Positions 13,731-25,699 of a DNA stretch of 64,000 bases are shown piece by piece (within the stretch, counting starts at the first letter, position 1; every line of letters begins with the position of its first letter). The translations under genes were made by a program, and so were the position numbers. Source of the stretch: Dimorphilus gyrociliatus (taxonomy: Eukaryota > Animalia > Annelida); contig CAJFCJ010000007.1 in NCBI GenBank assembly GCA_904063045.1, positions 3,479,404 through 3,543,403 on the forward strand, read 5' to 3'. The notes under the pieces are model-generated. The model made no database searches, had not been told where the DNA came from, and worked only from the letters and a program-made list of their open reading frames with translations.

Positions 13731-16700
13731 AACTACAACAACAGAAGCTACAACTATCATTGATTCAACAACTTCTGTGGCTGCAACTACTAGCTTGAGC
13801 ACTGAAGGATCTACCAGCTTTGTGGTACCTTCTACTACCGTCTTTGTTACGACAACACCGGAACCCACTTCAAGTTCTCCTGAAACTTCAAGCAGTCCTG
13901 CTGGTACCACCTCTACTGTAGAGTCAACAACAACAATTGAACTTAGTTCCACTGCAGGAACCACCACATCAACGGCAGTTGTTTTTACATCAACGACACC
14001 GGTTGGAACAACTACTAAAGTTTGCCCATTCAGTGAAACAATGAATAACCCAGCGCAAATTAGTGATAAACAAATTTCTGTTTATCCTGCGGAAGAAGGT
14101 GTTGGAAAGAAGATTAGACCTAATGGAGTAGGTTGGACGCCTTCTGTACCAGAATCTGAATCTGATAATAAACCTTATGTTGATATTGACTTAAACCCCT
14201 ATGATATTCCTGAGGAACCATTTGCTGAAAAGGTTATATTGAAAGGAAATGCAAAGAAAATCACTATTTTAAGAAAGAAATTAAGGGATGATACATTTTT
14301 GCCTGTATTGGAAAATGTTGATGTACCTGAGAATGGCGAAGTTGTTTTCCCTGAAGTAAAACGTGTTGACACTTTGAGAATTGTTCTTTTAGAACCAGAA
14401 GAAGATACTAATGGTACCCTTCCAGAGAATTATCAAGTTACAATTGGAGTACATGCTTGCATAAAACCAACAAGTTAGTTTTCAAAGTCAATTTTTTTTA
14501 TTTTTTTTAAATTGTTTGATATTGTTTAAAAGTAACAACAACAATGGCCCCCACTACATCTGCTGTAACAACTGACGGAATGCTAGGTGAAGAAAGAACA
14601 ACAACCGTTCCTGTCTTCACAGGTAGAAGAATAGTTTTGTAATTGTTTCTTTTTTAATCATGCTATTTATAGATGCTACAACAACCGAAGGTACACCAGA
14701 ACCTACAACAACTTTACCTGTAACAACAACTGTACCTATAACAACAACTGAAATTGTAACTACCACAACTATACCTGCAACCACGACTGTTCCAACTACC
14801 ACAGCTCCGTTATGCCATGGTTCACTTGTCCAAACTGACTGTGTTTGCCAGAAGACATGCGAAAGCTTGGCTGATTCATCATTCAAATGCCCAACACTGG
14901 GATCTGATTCATGTAATAAGGGATGCCACTGTGGTGCAGGATACGTTATGCATAATAGTAAATGTATCAAGGAAACTGAATGTCCATGCTTTGCCAACAA
15001 TCGCTATTACCAATTTGGAGAGAAATTTGCCTTGGAAGAGAAGTGCATGCTTGGAATATGCACAGCTGAAAAGGGCATTGTTAAGATGGTTGATCCTACC
15101 TGCCAACAAGACAAGTGTACTTTAGGTAGAGTTTGGAGTGACTGTGCTTGTGAAAAGACGTGTGAAAATCCAAAACGCAAATGCGATATGGTCAATTGTA
15201 AACCAGGTTGTGCTTGCAAAGAGGGTACATTCTGGAATGGTGAAAAATGCGCTCCTCAAACAGAGTGTCAATGCAAGAAGGGAGATAAACTTTACAGTGA
15301 AGGTGAAAGATGGAATGTTGGTCAATGTGTACGCTGTAAATGTGAAAACGGTCAAGAAATTTGCTCTGAATATTGTCCACTTACAGAAGAAGATTGCAAG
15401 AAGAAGGGCAAGAAACTCGTAAATAACAATCTTGAAGATAAGGTTTGCTGTTCATGTGTGGCTGACGAACCACAGTGCATGGATGAATCAGGAGTATCAC
15501 GATCTGTTGGTTCTATTTGGCACAAAGGAGTTTGCGACATGTACGAATGTGTCTTGCTTCCTGGTGGCAGTACAATGGTGAAACAAAACCACACTACATG
15601 TACGCCATGCAGACAAGGCGAAACTCCAGTTTATTCACCAAAGAAATGCTGTCCTGAATGCAAGGAACCACTTACAACAACTACAACATCCACAACCACA
15701 ACTGCCACAACACCTGGTACAACAACCAGTACTGGAACAACTACTGAGTTGGTTACCGGCGGTCACACTCCGGAACCAGATACAACAACCGGAACCACAA
15801 CAGTATCTACAACTGAAACAACAACTGTCTCTACCATAGGAACAACAACAGAACAAGTTACTGGTGGTCATTCAGAAGAACCATCAACAACAGGAACTAC
15901 TACAACTGCTGGTACTACAACAGGAACTACTACAACTGCTGGTACTACAACAGGAACTACTACAACTGCTTCAACATCAACGGCAGGAACAACCCCAGGC
16001 ACTACAACAGGTACTACAACAGAGTTAGTTACTGGTGGCCATACCGAGGAGCCATCTACTACACCAGCAACAACCACACCACAAACCACAACGCAAGGAA
16101 CAACAACTACACAAACAGAAGAAACTACAACAGAGGGAACAACAACCACACCAACAGACGCAACAACAACACAAGGAACAACACCTGCTACAACAACAGG
16201 AACAACAACTGAATTAGTAACTGGTGGTCATACAGAAGAACCAGTTACTACAACAGCAGCTGCACCAACAACTACTGGAGTATCGACAACTGAAGCGCCA
16301 GTTACTAAACCACCAACTTGTGCAGAAGCTATGTCAAAGGACACAGTATTGACTGACGATTTGATTGATCTATCACCAGAAGGAACTGTTGACGATTTAC
16401 GTCCTAATGGTTCAGGCTGGAAGGTTGATAAGACTTCTTCCCCATCCATCACAGTTGATTTGACACCAGATGATAAGGATGGTCCAACCAACTTGGAACA
16501 AATCACTCTGAAGGGTAATGTTGAAGATGTCAAGATATTGGTCAAGAAAACACCAGAAGCTGAATTTGAGACTGTTAAGGATAGCGAAGGTGATGTTGAA
16601 TTTGATGCAACAAAACCAATCAGATTCACCGAAGTTTTGAAAGTCTATAGTATCAGAATCGTATTATTAGACACAATTGAAGATACAGATACAACTTACC

Positions 16701-17230
16701 TTACAACTCTTTCTGTTCACGCTTGTGTCAAGGTACCAGAAGTAAAGACATGCAAATATAATGGAAAGGATTACGATTTCAACTCTGAATGGTTCGTTGA
16801 AAAATCAGGTATTAAAACATGCGTTAAGTGCAATTGCAATGAAAATGGCGTCAACTGCGACGACATGAGCAAGAACTGCAACTTAAAATGCGATGGTGAA
16901 CTTGTATATCAAAATGGAACTTGTTGCCCAGTTTGTAAACCAAAGAAACAATCTTGCAGCTTGAAAACTGTAAATACCGTTTTGGAAGTAGGAGAATGTA
17001 AATCAGCTAATTACGTAAAAAGAACAATGTGCGTAGGATCATGTAGTAGTGGAGCAACAGCAATGTTTACAGCCCCATACATGAAGGCAGTCTGCAACTG
17101 CTGCAAACCTGTCGCAATGGAAAAGGCTGTTGAAAGTCTCACATGCAAAAACGGAACAACAATAGAATATAATTATGTAAAAATACAACAGTGTTCCTGC
17201 AATCAATGCAGCTATAATCCATTTGCATAA
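1..17230 (+). CDS. Giant gel-forming mucin-like protein, 5'-truncated by the window: Thr-rich linkers alternating with discoidin/F5-8C-like domains; C-terminal TIL, VWC and cystine-knot (CTCK) domains
   Basis: ORFs join through phase-1 GT-AG introns at 1365-1428, 2927-3001, 4659-4722, 6224-6299, 7959-8022, 9523-9598, 11250-11313, 12811-12886, 14474-14532 and 14623-14672. The last exon (14673-17230) encodes TIL-like (CHGSLVQTDCVCQKTC...GCHCGAGY), VWC-like and CTCK-like (CSLK...CVGSC...CNCCKP...CKNG...CSCNQC) segments. The repeated ~150-aa domains run C..M..I...R...GW.P...IDL...F...IRIVL...HAC. Several copy-specific 1-nt indels interrupt the frame inside the repeat. Confidence 0.88.
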
Positions 17231-17820
17231 ATTCATTAATCATATATTGGAAATGGATAATAAGGACTGTCACATGAATTTTCTGATAAAGAAAGGCACA
17301 CTACAAACTTTAAATTCTAAGTTAATATGTTAAAAGTAATTTTAATATTTAAATATCACATTGTTAATTCAAATTATGTTGTTAAAGATAAAAAAAATAT
17401 TGTTTTTACCTCTTTGTTTGTTTTTTAGTTTCTCCAACAATTGTGTATGCAATTATGATTGTGACAGAACTTATTTCAACATAATACAGCATATTTTAAA
17501 ATTTATATAAAAATAATTCAATGACTTAACCTTAGCTGAATTTTGAAAACCTTATTATCGTAATCTGATGATATAACTTTAAATTCCAGAGTTATTTGTA
17601 GTAAAGACCGTAATTCGATAGATCGATATTGTATTTATAATGATTAATCATCTATACATCTACAAGACATAAGGTACTAGTGTCATTTTATAAAATTTAA
17701 TCTTCAGCCTCCAACTGCTTGAACATTTACGCTTTGTATCGTGTAGGACTAATTATGCTGTGCTCCACTTAGTAGTGGCCATTGTAATCCATGGATTGTT
17801 AGTTTCTTTTTACCATTAGT

Positions 17821-19500
17821 TTAAGTTAAACGATCGAGAAATAGTTTTAATTTCTGTGTATCTTTATAAACAATGATACCATGTTTATTTCGTGCATTGT
17901 CTTTACTATCGTGATATTTTACTTGCAGCAAGTCCAAATCCATTTTCTTATAATTTTCAATTGCTAAGTCGTATTCTACTATTCCTCCGCCCATTGATAA
18001 TATGATTGCGTGGGGGCCGCAAATGTCCCATAAGTACGTAGTCCCTTTTGTAAGTACGTATATATCGGCTAGATCATCTAAAACACAAACGGATTTATAA
18101 CCAGCTCCAGGTGCGTAGTATATTTTAAAGCCTTTAAGCTTCTCAATCACATCACTTTTTTCACTTGATGACATAACAATTGTCATGGCATCTTTCTTCT
18201 CCGTTTCTATTTCCTCATGTTGTTTTCTTGTATTCGCTGCATATCCAGTACGAATCCTACTGGAGCATCTAAATTTAAATAAGCTTAATTAAATTGACAA
18301 AATCGATCACACATTTAGGCTTTTTAGCCGGATAATGACACTAAACGCCTCATAAGGATTTTATAGGATTTTCTTAATTAGCTTACCTCTCGTTATCCAT
18401 ATGGTAAAATGGCTGATTGCAAACACCGGCTACTGGACAGCCAGTTTTCATGTCGTAAGCGCCAATTAAAACTACGCAACATGGTAGTCCACGTTCCTCT
18501 ATTCCATTATCGAGAGCGTGACGAACGCCTATTTGACCGTTGATGTATTGTTCCGTTGCGTCTATTTCGCAATAATGTTAAATTAATCAGAACAAAAACA
18601 GAATAATTACACTTTATTTACCTATAGGATCAATCCATATGGCTGTTGTGGACAAATCTACGTAACCTTCAATGTCAATGTTAACTTTCTCTACGATAGT
18701 GTCATCCACTTGTTCTAATACACATTTTGATAACATTTTAGCTGCTTTTTCGTCTCCATTTAGAATTCTGCCTGTTAAATAATAGGATGAATTTTATAGA
18801 AAAAGCAAAATAAAAGCAGGCCTATTAAAAGCTCCTATCATATAAAGTATTCTATGGGCCCTTAACAGAACAAAGTCCGATAGAAGTGTAAGATTGCTTC
18901 GTTAAATGAAGATATATAATATAAATGAGTGTTAGGTTAATAAATAGTACAGAAGCGGATATATCAAGTTTAATACTTAAAAGGTTCGTCATATCTTCTT
19001 CATCCTCCAGAATGTTAACTTCAATTGACTCGTTTAATTTATTAGTAAAGATATTCTTTTCTTCGCCGAATATTCGATTTTCGAATCCGGGAAACTTTAA
19101 AAAGTACAACTAATAAAAAAAATTGATATTAGCCGAATCACAGTGATTACCTCTTTCGATAAATCATATCGAATAGATTCTTGAATGAGAACATCTGCGA
19201 GAGTTTTATAATCTTCTACAAACCTCGAATTAGCCGAATCGCCAGTCTTTTTTTCAATTAGAAGCTACATAGAATATTTATACCTTTAAATATCATTTTA
19301 AATAATTGTAGTATAATAAAAACAATAAACTAAACTACCATAAAAACTAGTAAATAACATCACGATAATTGATTAAGAGAACACACTTGGAATAAATATT
19401 TTTCCGATTTCACTAATCGAGCAATATTTGCCGCTTTTTCTGAACATTTTACTAATTCTTTTAAGAATTTAGATGAATTTATTCTTTTATTATCGCACAT
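17821..19500 (-). CDS. INPP1: Inositol polyphosphate 1-phosphatase (multi-exon)
   Basis: Spliced translation: MCDNKRINSSKFLKELVKCSEKAANIARLVK...DYKTLADVLIQE, FPGFENRIFGEE, WIDPIG(T), GAGYKSVCV...TTYLWDICGPHAII. These match the INPP1/inositol monophosphatase family motifs. Confidence 0.9.
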
Positions 19501-19509
19501 GACGATTTT

Positions 19510-20053
19510 TATCGTTAAAAAGTTCTTGATATGGTTGCATTTGAAGTATACCGGTTAAGGGGGTCCACCTGCTCACGAATCGATGACGTCACGAGATTTG
19601 CGATCGTTCCCAGAATGCAGCGCGAGACATTTTTATGTCAGTCAGTCTGTACTGGCGCATGCTAAAATCATAAAATATCTACTAAATTCGCAGTCTAATC
19701 CTAACATCAGCTTAATTTTTCGTTAGAGCAAACACTTAATTGGAACACTACCGTCTACTCGTGTCTCAAACATTCGCTATTAACTCGTATCGTGCTCAAA
19801 ACCGTTTGCGGATGACGAAGAAACTGCTGTGAGTGCAAGGCTGTGTTCTCCCTTCTGAAGGAATATTTGTGGATTATAAACACGTAAGCTGATAGAAGAA
19901 ATTCTCAAGAATATTTCAAGTCGGATAAAGAATTTTTTCGAATGGAAGATTTGTGAGAATAATCAACGCAAAAAGTGACTTGGTCACCTGAAGGTCGAAT
20001 TATAGCGCCACCTATAATAATCGATCGAAGAGCCTCGCGCGGCGAAGGAAAAA
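19510..20053. promoter_or_regulatory. Divergent (bidirectional) promoter region of INPP1 and CDK12/13
   Basis: Head-to-head ATGs at 19500 (-) and 20054 (+). Locally CpG-rich, with a perfect CRE TGACGTCA at 19584-19591. Confidence 0.6.
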
Positions 20054-23000
20054 ATGTCTCGAGATCGGTATGGTAAGCCGGATAGAAGAAGACGGGACTC
20101 GTTCGACGATAGGGACGGCATCACCTCTAGGTCTACCTATGATCCAGAATATGATGCTCGGAACTACGCGGATAAAAACGATAAACATCGGTCAGACTAC
20201 CGTAGCAGCTACTCTGACTCAAAAAAGAAAAAGAAAAAGAGCAAAAAGCGTAAGCACAAGGAAGGTAGAAGAAGCGGAGAAAGGCTTACAGGGAGCCGGT
20301 TAGTCGACTACGATAATGGCTCTAGTGACGACGACGCATATTCAGACGACTCGCACAGCTATGGCCGAATACAAAGTAGGGTAAGCCCAAAACATCCTAA
20401 ATTGGAACGATCTCTATCACCGGCAACCGGTTTACGAGATTATAAGAGAAGCAGAGTTGATTCTGATGTCCGTCGTCACGATAGAACTTCTCCTAGAAGA
20501 GCTAGAAGAGAATACAGAGATTTTCCCAGTCGGGAGAGACGTCACTACGACTATGACCTATCTCCTTCGTCTAAACGCTCAAAGCGTGGAGGACGATCTC
20601 CTAGTCCAAATAGAAGCTCGAAAGCCAGTAGGTCTTCAAGGAACAAGTAAGTAACACTTCTTAACACAATAACAAATTACTATATCTGATACTGTTTTTA
20701 GATTTGGAAGAGATGATGCTCGGTCCAATCACTCCCCTAATCACTCACGTTCCATATCTCCGAAAAGACAGCGTAAGGCCTCAAGTTCATCCCCAAATCG
20801 AGAAGCATCCAACTTGGGTACACATACCCTTGCCGCAGAATTACGGAAGAGACAACAAATTTTATCAAAATCGCAAACTAATAGTCCTAATTTATCGGAA
20901 CCTTCGAATAAATCAGGTAAATACGACGGTCGGAAATATAGTGGACACAACCAGTTAACTGTAGAGAAAAAACCCCCATCACCAACGGCTACTATTGCAC
21001 CAACTTCTTCTCAGTTGGACAAAGATGTCAAGCCAAAGGATAAACGACGTCAGCTACCTTTGCCTCCAGGTGGCTCAAGCGATGTAGATAGCCCAGGACC
21101 TAATCAAGAGCTACAAACAAATCGAGTGAGCAAATTATATGATCTGCCAATGCCTCCGGTGACAAGTTCCCCTCAAGCTGATGAGGATTCGCTTAATCAA
21201 CAAAAGATAGCGAAGCAACGGTCATCTGGGCAGACGCCTTTTAATGAAAAGGATGGAAAAGAGCAAAAAATACCCAATCGGTATCTGGAACAAAGAATGA
21301 AACAAAGAAACACTAAAATGAATGAAAGAGTTGATTGCGATTGGGGAGAGCGTTGTATAGATGTTTTTGAAATTCTAGCTCAAGTTGGGGAAGGTACATA
21401 TGGACAAGTGTACAAGGCTAGAGATAAGGATACCGGTAAGTGTAAACGTGTGTCAAAACTTTCGCTGCGTTAATTACGTATCTTAGTTGTTTTCTTCATA
21501 ACATACGCAGTCACGCAGCAAAATTAAAATAGTATATTTGATCGTTTTTTAATCAATCGCTGTTTATATCGACGTCGATTGTTAACGATGATGTTCACAA
21601 ATTAAATTTTTTTACAGGTGAAATAATGGCTTTAAAGAAAGTTAGGTTAGAAAATGAAAAGGAAGGTTTTCCGATTACGGCTATCAGAGAAATAAAGATT
21701 TTACGTCAACTAAATCATAAGAATATTGTGAACTTAACGGAAATCATTACAGATAAGAGGGACGCTGTTGATTTCAAGAAAGACAAGGGATCATTTTATT
21801 TAGTATTTGAATATATGGACCACGACTTGATGGGTCTTTTAGAATCGAATTTAGTGACGTTTAAAGAAGACTATATTGCTTCCTTTATGAAACAATTATT
21901 ACAAGGATTAGAATATTGTCATAAGAAGAACTTCTTGCATCGAGATATAAAATGTTCTAATATTCTAATGAATAATAAGGGCCAGATAAAATTAGCAGAT
22001 TTTGGTTTAGCACGTTATTATGATGCTGAAACTAGGGAAAGACCGTACACAAATAAAGTTATTACTTTATGGTACCGTCCTCCGGAACTTTTATTAGGAG
22101 AAGAAAAGTATGGTCCAGCAATTGACGTTTGGAGTTGTGGTTGCATATTAGGAGAGTTTTTTCATCAAAAACCTATATTCCAAGCAAATACTGAATTAGC
22201 GCAATTAGATTTAATAAGTAAAGTATGTGGAACGCCGTCACCTGCTGTATGGCCTGATGTTATCAGATTACCCTTATTTACGACGTTCAAACCCAAAAAA
22301 CAATATAGACGACGGATTAGAGAGGAGTTTTGTACTATGCCCGAAACTGCTCTTGATCTATTAGACAATATGTTAGAGCTGGATCCAAGCAAGAGATGTT
22401 CAGCTGAAGCAGCTCTCAATTCTCCGTGGTTAATTAACGTCAATCCTGATTGTCTACCGGCGCCAAAGTATATTTGTTTAAATATGAAGAAATTATGTTT
22501 TATTTTATAAAATTTTCCTTTTTTTTACAATTAGTTTACCTAGTGATCAGGACTGTCATGAAATGTGGTGTAAACGACGAAAAAGAAGTATGAGAGAGCA
22601 ACATCAACTGCCCACACAAACAAAAAAGCCAGAGCCACCGTTGCCTCCTGTCCACGAAAATAATAAAGCATCAGCTGTTGCAGATAGTACAAACGATCGT
22701 CCATCACCTCCACCACAGCCGCCACCCCAACCCCCTCCTTTACCTTCCGGTGCCTCCCAGGCAATTCCAGGTCCTCCGCCACCACCTCTTGACTGTCAGA
22801 CTAAACTGCTGAATTTAGGACAGTTGGTCAGAGATAAGAAAGGAAATTTCTCAATAGACGATATTGCAAGGACTATATGCGTTCCAGTTAACGATCAGAC
22901 AAAAAGTTATCTTCTGTGTGTTCTGGAGCAACTAAATAATGCAAAAACACAGATGGATGCTAATAATATTATGCAGGTGCCTACACATCAAATGACTCAA

Positions 23001-23411
23001 ATAACAAATCTGTTGCAAAATCCGATGGTGGAGAATGTAACATGGCCACGACGAACATCGTCTGGATCAGCAACAATGGATATATCGGACGACGATGTTA
23101 GTGATCATTTTGAAAGTGAAGAACATAACTTTATGAACGTGGAAGACAATAATCAGGTACCGCCAGCAAACAGGGGACTAAGAGGCCTACCAAGAGGTAG
23201 AGGCCCCGTTGGTCATATGCCAGGGGCACACCTTGTACATCCAAATATAATTAATAGTGCAAGAGCACCACCGCCGTTAAACATGCAGCAAATTAACCAG
23301 CCTCCTCCACCGCCACCCCCGCCCTTAATGAATGTTCCCGTTAATAGGAATAATGTACCAAGACCTGGGCGAGGAGGCCGTGGCAAGTTCCATCAGCAAC
23401 AGCCCTGGTAA
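20054..23411 (+). CDS. CDK12: Cyclin-dependent kinase 12/13 (RS-rich N-terminus, PITAIRE kinase, Pro-rich tail)
   Basis: [52 protein letters not shown] and [11 protein letters not shown]. Introns at 20647-20701, 21436-21617 and 22468-22534. CDK12 and CDK13 cannot be told apart here. Confidence 0.95.
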
Positions 23412-23654
23412 AACAGTCTTTCGCGTGTCTTTTTCATCTATTATTGTTAACAAAATATGGTTTTGTTGTTGAATGTTTATCACAATATTATCTTGTATGG
23501 TTTTGTATATTATACGTTTAAAACTTTTATTAATATTATACGAGTCGCTTTATTTTCTTATATATAGAATGTCAGATATGCTGCGTTATCATACGGCTTT
23601 TCTTCGAGATGCTACTGCAGTTCATTTAATAAATTTGCCAACTAATTGCCTATG

Positions 23655-23981
23655 TTATTGTCGAGGAGGGAAACGGGATCTTCGAATACAGTCTGCTTCT
23701 TGGAAAGAAATTGGCTTAAGATTCTTCCATGGATCAACTGTCATGCTCTCGTGATAGAAGGCACTTCTCTGTAAAAGAAACGCAGTTTGTACTAAGATCC
23801 TTCGTTAATTACATAGCTGGGTAATACCAACATATTTCTCGGCTTGTTTACCCTCTCGATGAACATTATCGGGCCCTGAATTAGACTGCGTATCATCAGT
23901 AAAGCGCTTCCTTGGAGGTTCTTCTAAATCCTCACCTTTTTGAGTATCAGGTACGTCTTCTTTCCTTCCCGTTTGTTCCAT
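23655..23981 (-). CDS. Small 87-aa protein with MPLKIP/TTDN1 (SICKLE)-like C-terminal motif
   Basis: Exon 23981-23832, a 63-nt GT-AG intron and exon 23768-23655 give MEQTGRK...AEKY|RSAFYHESMTVDPWKNLKPISF... The motif resembles (Y/F)xxSMxxDPWxxLxP. A 5'UTR intron is likely at 24013-24099. E2F-like TTTTGGCGCGAA at 24429-24440. Confidence 0.6.
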
Positions 23982-24630
23982 TTTCAACTGTAATTACCAG
24001 AATGACACCTATCTGAAATAAAAATGATAACAGTGATGTTAATCGTTACTAAATTCTGACAGTTCTTCGCTTGTTTTGTGTATTTTTGGTGAAATATACC
24101 AATGTTTTCCAAGAAAACTGGTAGAAACGCCGAAATATTGTCTTGTTAATTTATTGAATGAATAGGCAAGAAATTTTTTTTACCAAATTTTTGTTTTATG
24201 CAAAGCCTACAGAATTTTTAAATAAATTTTATAATATCTCCAAAAGTATTTGTTTTGAATGACGAATGTTATTTACTCCTTCAAAAGACCCAAAAAAAAA
24301 CAAACAAACAATAGTTACATAATAGATAACAGTGTGCTCTAATAATCCCCAAGTCGTTTTGTTGACTTTATTTGACTATTAAAACCCAATTAAGATCAGT
24401 TATATAAACTAATATCGGCTTTGCTCAGTTTTGGCGCGAATCTTATATTTCCGGTTCGTTCAACATTTGAAACAAAGTCGATAATAGGTTTCGAGCTAAC
24501 CAATCAGAATGTTCTTATCAACTAAACTTCAACGATTGACTTATTTCCCAACCAATAGCTATTATTTAATAACTGTTTACGAATGGCGACAACAGGGCAA
24601 CTGTAATTCTGCAGGAAAAGAAATATAACT

Positions 24631-25660
24631 ATGGATATTCCAAAAACGAAAGAATCTCTAATATCCAGAATCTTTCAACAATATGATAAAAACTTCATAG
24701 GCGAATTGACTGCAGAACAAATGCAACAAATTCACAACAATATAAGAATTGGAGGTATTAGTCTTCCACAAGTTTGCGCTTCCATTGAATATTCTTGTAT
24801 TGGACCAACTGTTGAAGAAAGCGAAATATTCGATCTACTTCAAGAGATGGATAGGAGATATTATCTTGTTCAAGATTTTAGATGGGAATTTTCAATGTTA
24901 GATACTGAAAATTCAGACACAATAAGCGAAGAACAAGCAAAGTATGTTATTTCTATCTTAAACATAAATAACAGAATAACGTGACAATACTTTTAACAGA
25001 TGGTTTGTTCAATCTGTTCATGGTAAATGGTTTTCTAAGAAAAAATGGGAGAAATTCCTTAGACATAGAGCAGTCCCAAAGAGTGGAGTACGCTTTTCCG
25101 AGATAGAAGTGATACTGTGCAACATACCTAGTAAAGAAGATTACCTACTCGAGCAGGGAGAAGACGAAAGGGAACGTCAAGGTAATTACAGTCTTAAAAT
25201 AAACTAATTTTTCTATGTCCATTCATTAAATAGAGAGAGCTAGAAAAGAAGCCGAATTTCAAAGGCTACTGGAAGAGGAGAGGATTCGTCGCAAAAGTAT
25301 GAAAGACGTGGCAATTCAAAAGGCTCGCGAACAAGAAGAGATGGACGAGGAGGAAAGACGAAAAAGACGTCTTCAAGATGAGGTTTTTCTTTAATATTTT
25401 TCTAGATATTCGTAATGAGAAAATTAAAATGAAAAATTTCTTTTAGAAAGAGAGACAGCAAAGACTACGAGAGAAGGAGGAAGAGAAGAATAGACAAAAG
25501 AAATTGGATGAGGAAGAAGGTAAAAATAGAATAAAAATTTTTAAATCTTACTAGAAAAGAGTACCTTTTAAAAAAATAGAGCGCGGAAGAAGAGAAGCTG
25601 AAATCAGAGCTAAGAAGGCTAATAAGGAAGATGAGGTTGTAGCTTCTTTCATAAAATACA

Positions 25661-25699
<39 letters not shown>

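Noticed and set aside
1-16630. Many poly-Val, poly-Cys and poly-Gln ORFs on the minus strand and in shifted frames
   Set aside because: They are shadows of the ACA/ACT Thr-codon repeats of the mucin and have no independent splice or promoter support.
23473-23754. 93-aa plus-strand ORF after CDK12
   Set aside because: Low-complexity UTR-like start; it is antisense to the better-supported MPLKIP-like exon.
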